Below are positions 37,801 to 43,291 of a stretch of DNA of 43,291 bases, piece after piece. Both the position numbers and the translations under genes were made by a program. Source of the stretch: Catajapyx aquilonaris (lineage: Eukaryota); contig JYFJ02003346.1 of NCBI GenBank assembly GCA_000934665.2, forward strand, positions 1-43,291, given 5' to 3'. Position 1 is the first letter of the stretch; the number at the start of each line of letters is the position of its first letter. Below the pieces are notes generated by a model. It was given only the letters and a program-made list of their open reading frames with translations. It ran no database searches and was not told the DNA's origin.

Positions 37801-38755
37801 TTATATGTACTCTACTGCTACTGCCTTTTTGCAACAAGACCTTCACAAAAAAAAAAAAAAACACTAAAAATTAGTACATACTTGTTGGGAGAATGCTCAG
37901 TACTTCTTGAGTTTGTAGTTTACGTTTTACAATATTTTTTGGCTTGTTTGTCTGCTGCCAACAGCCTCGGAATTTTTGCACAAATGGGTAACTGGGTTAG
38001 CTGAGATTAAGGATCTGCAGCGCACGACCCTGAACTCGATTGGTGAACTCGTGTCCTGCTAAACAAACAACAGCTAAATGAGCAGCGGTTATGTAAAATG
38101 GAATTTAAAAAACTGAACTGGATTTTACGTACTTTAAAAAACTTGAAAATCCAAGTACGTAAAATCTGTAATTTGTGTGCATCGAACATGTACTTACCAA
38201 ATTGCATCTGGAGTAGCTGCACCCCAGGAAGCAAATGACGCAAAAGTGATCCTTGATTTGTTTCCAACCGATTATATTGATGACAACATATCACCATGTG
38301 CCACATGCTTGCAGGTGCTTGTTTTTGTCGTCTAATAACAAAGGTTCCAAGTGCAACATCCGGTACAAGTGCATACACAAATAACGAGCAAGGTCCCCCG
38401 ATGCTTGCAAATTTTCCAGATTTCGCACACTAGAATCAACACGGGCTACTTGCTTGGTTTGCGTCAAGACGCAGAGTGAATAAATTAATGCATTTTCAAC
38501 ACCACAAGAGGCTTGTGACGTACTTGGTTGCACAAGCCATTTAATATCTTTACATAGGCAAGTACACTAATGAGCAAGTTCCTGAAACTCTCATCAAGGC
38601 TAGAACGTCAGCATGTCTTGAGATCCAGAATCATCAGGTGCACTCAATACAAGGCGATGCTGCAAATTCTGGACCACATTCAAATCACTGAATAAACAAA
38701 AGAGAGAATTCTTCAACTTAACAATAACAAAATGACTTGATATTTGTAAGCCATT

Positions 38756-38761
38756 TTTATT
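38756..38761 (-). terminator. Polyadenylation signal AATAAA of ATP synthase beta
   Basis: First AATAAA on the minus strand, ~190 nt after the stop codon. Confidence 0.6.
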
Positions 38762-38949
38762 ACTCAACCCGGGTCAACGGTAGCCAGGTCTTCAATATAC
38801 AATCAGTGCGAATTCTTCTCGTGTTCCGTCTCCGACAACCATTTCTCATTACTGTTATCCTCTCATGACTGACTCATTTGCTACATTTTTCTAACCAAGT
38901 GAGGGGGGAGAGTGGGTGGAGAGAAACCCTACACTTTTTCATTTTCTTT

Positions 38950-41499
<2,550 letters not shown>

Positions 41500-42359
41500 C
41501 TGTGAAAGTAAACATGTAAACTTGGTTAAGTAATTTGTTCTAACAACATCTGAAGCGGCAGAAATACGAATCGAAGCAATGGAGCAAAAGCTGTGCGAGC
41601 AAGATTCCTTCTTCTGCCGGTTCGGAAAATGTCGCTAGCAGTACGACGTGATTAATGTCCAACACAGTACTGACGGAGAAATGGGGTGATCAATTAAGTA
41701 TGGTATCAAAAATAAGTTAAGGCAAATTGTGCAAATGTCAGCACTTTTTTTGAGGGTATTCCTGAGCCTACTGCACCCATGAAAAGGAGGTTCATGGGTG
41801 CACATAATATTTCAGCTGGTAAAGATGTGAATGAAATTGTATTCTATGTGCCTTTAGATGTTTCCAATTGACGAGCCAAACAGGAAGTACGTGGGGATCA
41901 CAAACTGGCATTTCACTTGCATCCTCCCTCCCAAATAGTTTGCTCATGTGATATTCATGCTATCTTAGTACTTCCAACTCTTCCTCAGGCTGAGCACGGC
42001 AGCCATGATGGATATGGCAACCTTCCAGAAATCCCATCACCCTTAGCTGCAATGAACGGTGGGCCTGCCAATGCTACCATTTAAAATATTTTAAACGATG
42101 AACAAACTTATGCAGTATTTGCCCCATTCCCTACAATTACTGTCTTCTATTTACATCCCATTAATTTGTAGATGAAATTTCCTACTCTTCGAGAGCATAC
42201 ATCTAAAAGTGAACCCAAATGGCGTCTAAAAATAAACCCTGGCAAAAAAGTGCCTTCAACCATCCTCAACACCATTGCCATTATTCTTATCATGCTGTGC
42301 CATCCTAACAATTCCACTGCCCTCAGTGTAAGTTGACTAATGAGTGTATGTCTTGCGTA

Positions 42360-42720
42360 CAGTACCGTTCATAACGAATGGTGCGATTCTATACAGACGA
42401 TATGTTTATCCTGTTCTCAACCCCTGGGTCGCCAGCATGTTTTCTGGGGTAATGAGGAAGTCTGGGAAAAGGAAATCAAAATAAAATAAAAAAGAGAAGA
42501 AAAAAACAAAGCAAAGTAGGAAAATTTTAGCGGGGGAACTTCACATCAAATCTATGTAAGCATTGCGCCTGGTTTTGGCAATTAAGAATTTAATTTTAAA
42601 ATCGGGATGGGTCATACAAGTCACCCGAGATCCATAGGGTTTCGTCGAAATAAGGTTGGGAATAATGCTGGATAATCAGTAATGTCCATCGAGCTGTACC
42701 ATTCGTTATGAACGTGACTG
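42360..42720. mobile_element. Tc1/mariner-type MITE (361 bp)
   Basis: 23-bp TIRs: CAGTACCGTTCATAACGAATGGT on the left and CAGTCACGTTCATAACGAATGGT (reverse complement) on the right, 21/23 identical. Flanked by TA on both sides; no ORF. Confidence 0.8.
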
Positions 42721-42847
42721 TACCTCCCCCTATGTTTTCAAGGTCACTCACGCCCTTGAGAAACCACAGCTAACTTGCAAAATCTAGTTTTCACATATTA
42801 AATCCACAAAAGTACAGAGCCTACAAGATAATAATAGTTTTATTAAC

Positions 42848-43049
42848 CTGCAAGGCTTTGTGGGCCCTTGTGCAGGAGCCTACAAGATAAAATCGGGTAA
42901 TTATTCAGTTTAGGTGGGCGCAAAGTACAGCTTTCTCATAACAATTACCTACAATATCTCGAGCAATGTAATGACCACATTGAAGTGTGTGTCCCCATCT
43001 GGGCTAGGATAGTTCTCTTTAATGGTTCTTCACACCTGCATATCAACAT
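42848..43049 (-). CDS. Candidate 5' micro-exons of ATP synthase beta (mitochondrial transit peptide)
   Basis: gccATG at 43049; exon 43036..43049 (AG|GTGTGA) and exon 42848..42879 (tcttgtag|...G|GTTAAT) give MLICRLLHKGPQSLA, ending in phase 1, which matches the 41499 acceptor. A further donor (GGC|GTGAGT near 42752) is possible. Inferred only from splice-phase logic. Confidence 0.35.
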
Positions 43050-43291
43050 GGCTGGATTCTGTTCATGTTGCGGCCCACTGTCCTACGCAACACCCTGGCC
43101 CGTCCCCCGAGCACATGCGGCCGTCCAACAACCAGCCCCGTACCTGCCCCCAAAAAAACCGGCTTCACCCCAAGTACCTCCCGAGCAATTACATTATGTG
43201 ACGCCAGGTTGGCGATGCACATGGCTGTGGGAGTGACCAGTTGCAATTGGTACACTCCGACCCAGTTCGGGCTTCCGCTGGCCACAGCCAG

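Noticed and set aside
43065..43291. Plus-strand open frame MLRPTVLRNTLAR... running off the window
   Set aside because: It starts only ~16 nt from the candidate ATP synthase ATG, in GC-rich promoter-like sequence, with no recognisable homology.

Overview
Eukaryotic genomic DNA, most likely from an arthropod judging by the TGF-beta ligand sequences; the species cannot be determined. Five intron-containing protein-coding genes lie head-to-tail on the minus strand. In transcription order they are: mitochondrial ATP synthase beta (38950-41499, plus uncertain 5' micro-exons), two tandem PI-PLC X-domain (PLCXD-like) units (33347-~34826, catalytic region intronless; 31318-32853, four exons), activin-beta (21235-29951) and myostatin/GDF11/myoglianin (2496-16558). 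The window also contains a Helitron 3' end, two Tc1/mariner-type MITEs, a two-copy palindrome family and microsatellites. The most interesting observations are: (i) a compact activin-beta + myostatin + ATP synthase beta cluster that echoes linkage in Drosophila (chr 4) and human (12q13); (ii) the two PLCXD units may be alternative catalytic cassettes spliced to one shared leader exon; (iii) two perfect DR4 nuclear-receptor elements upstream of myostatin; (iv) a 53-nt myostatin intron whose retention would give a propeptide-only product; (v) a GC-rich intronic island carrying abutting hairpins. Exon boundaries were read by eye from GT/AG sites and frame continuity; no database searches were run.
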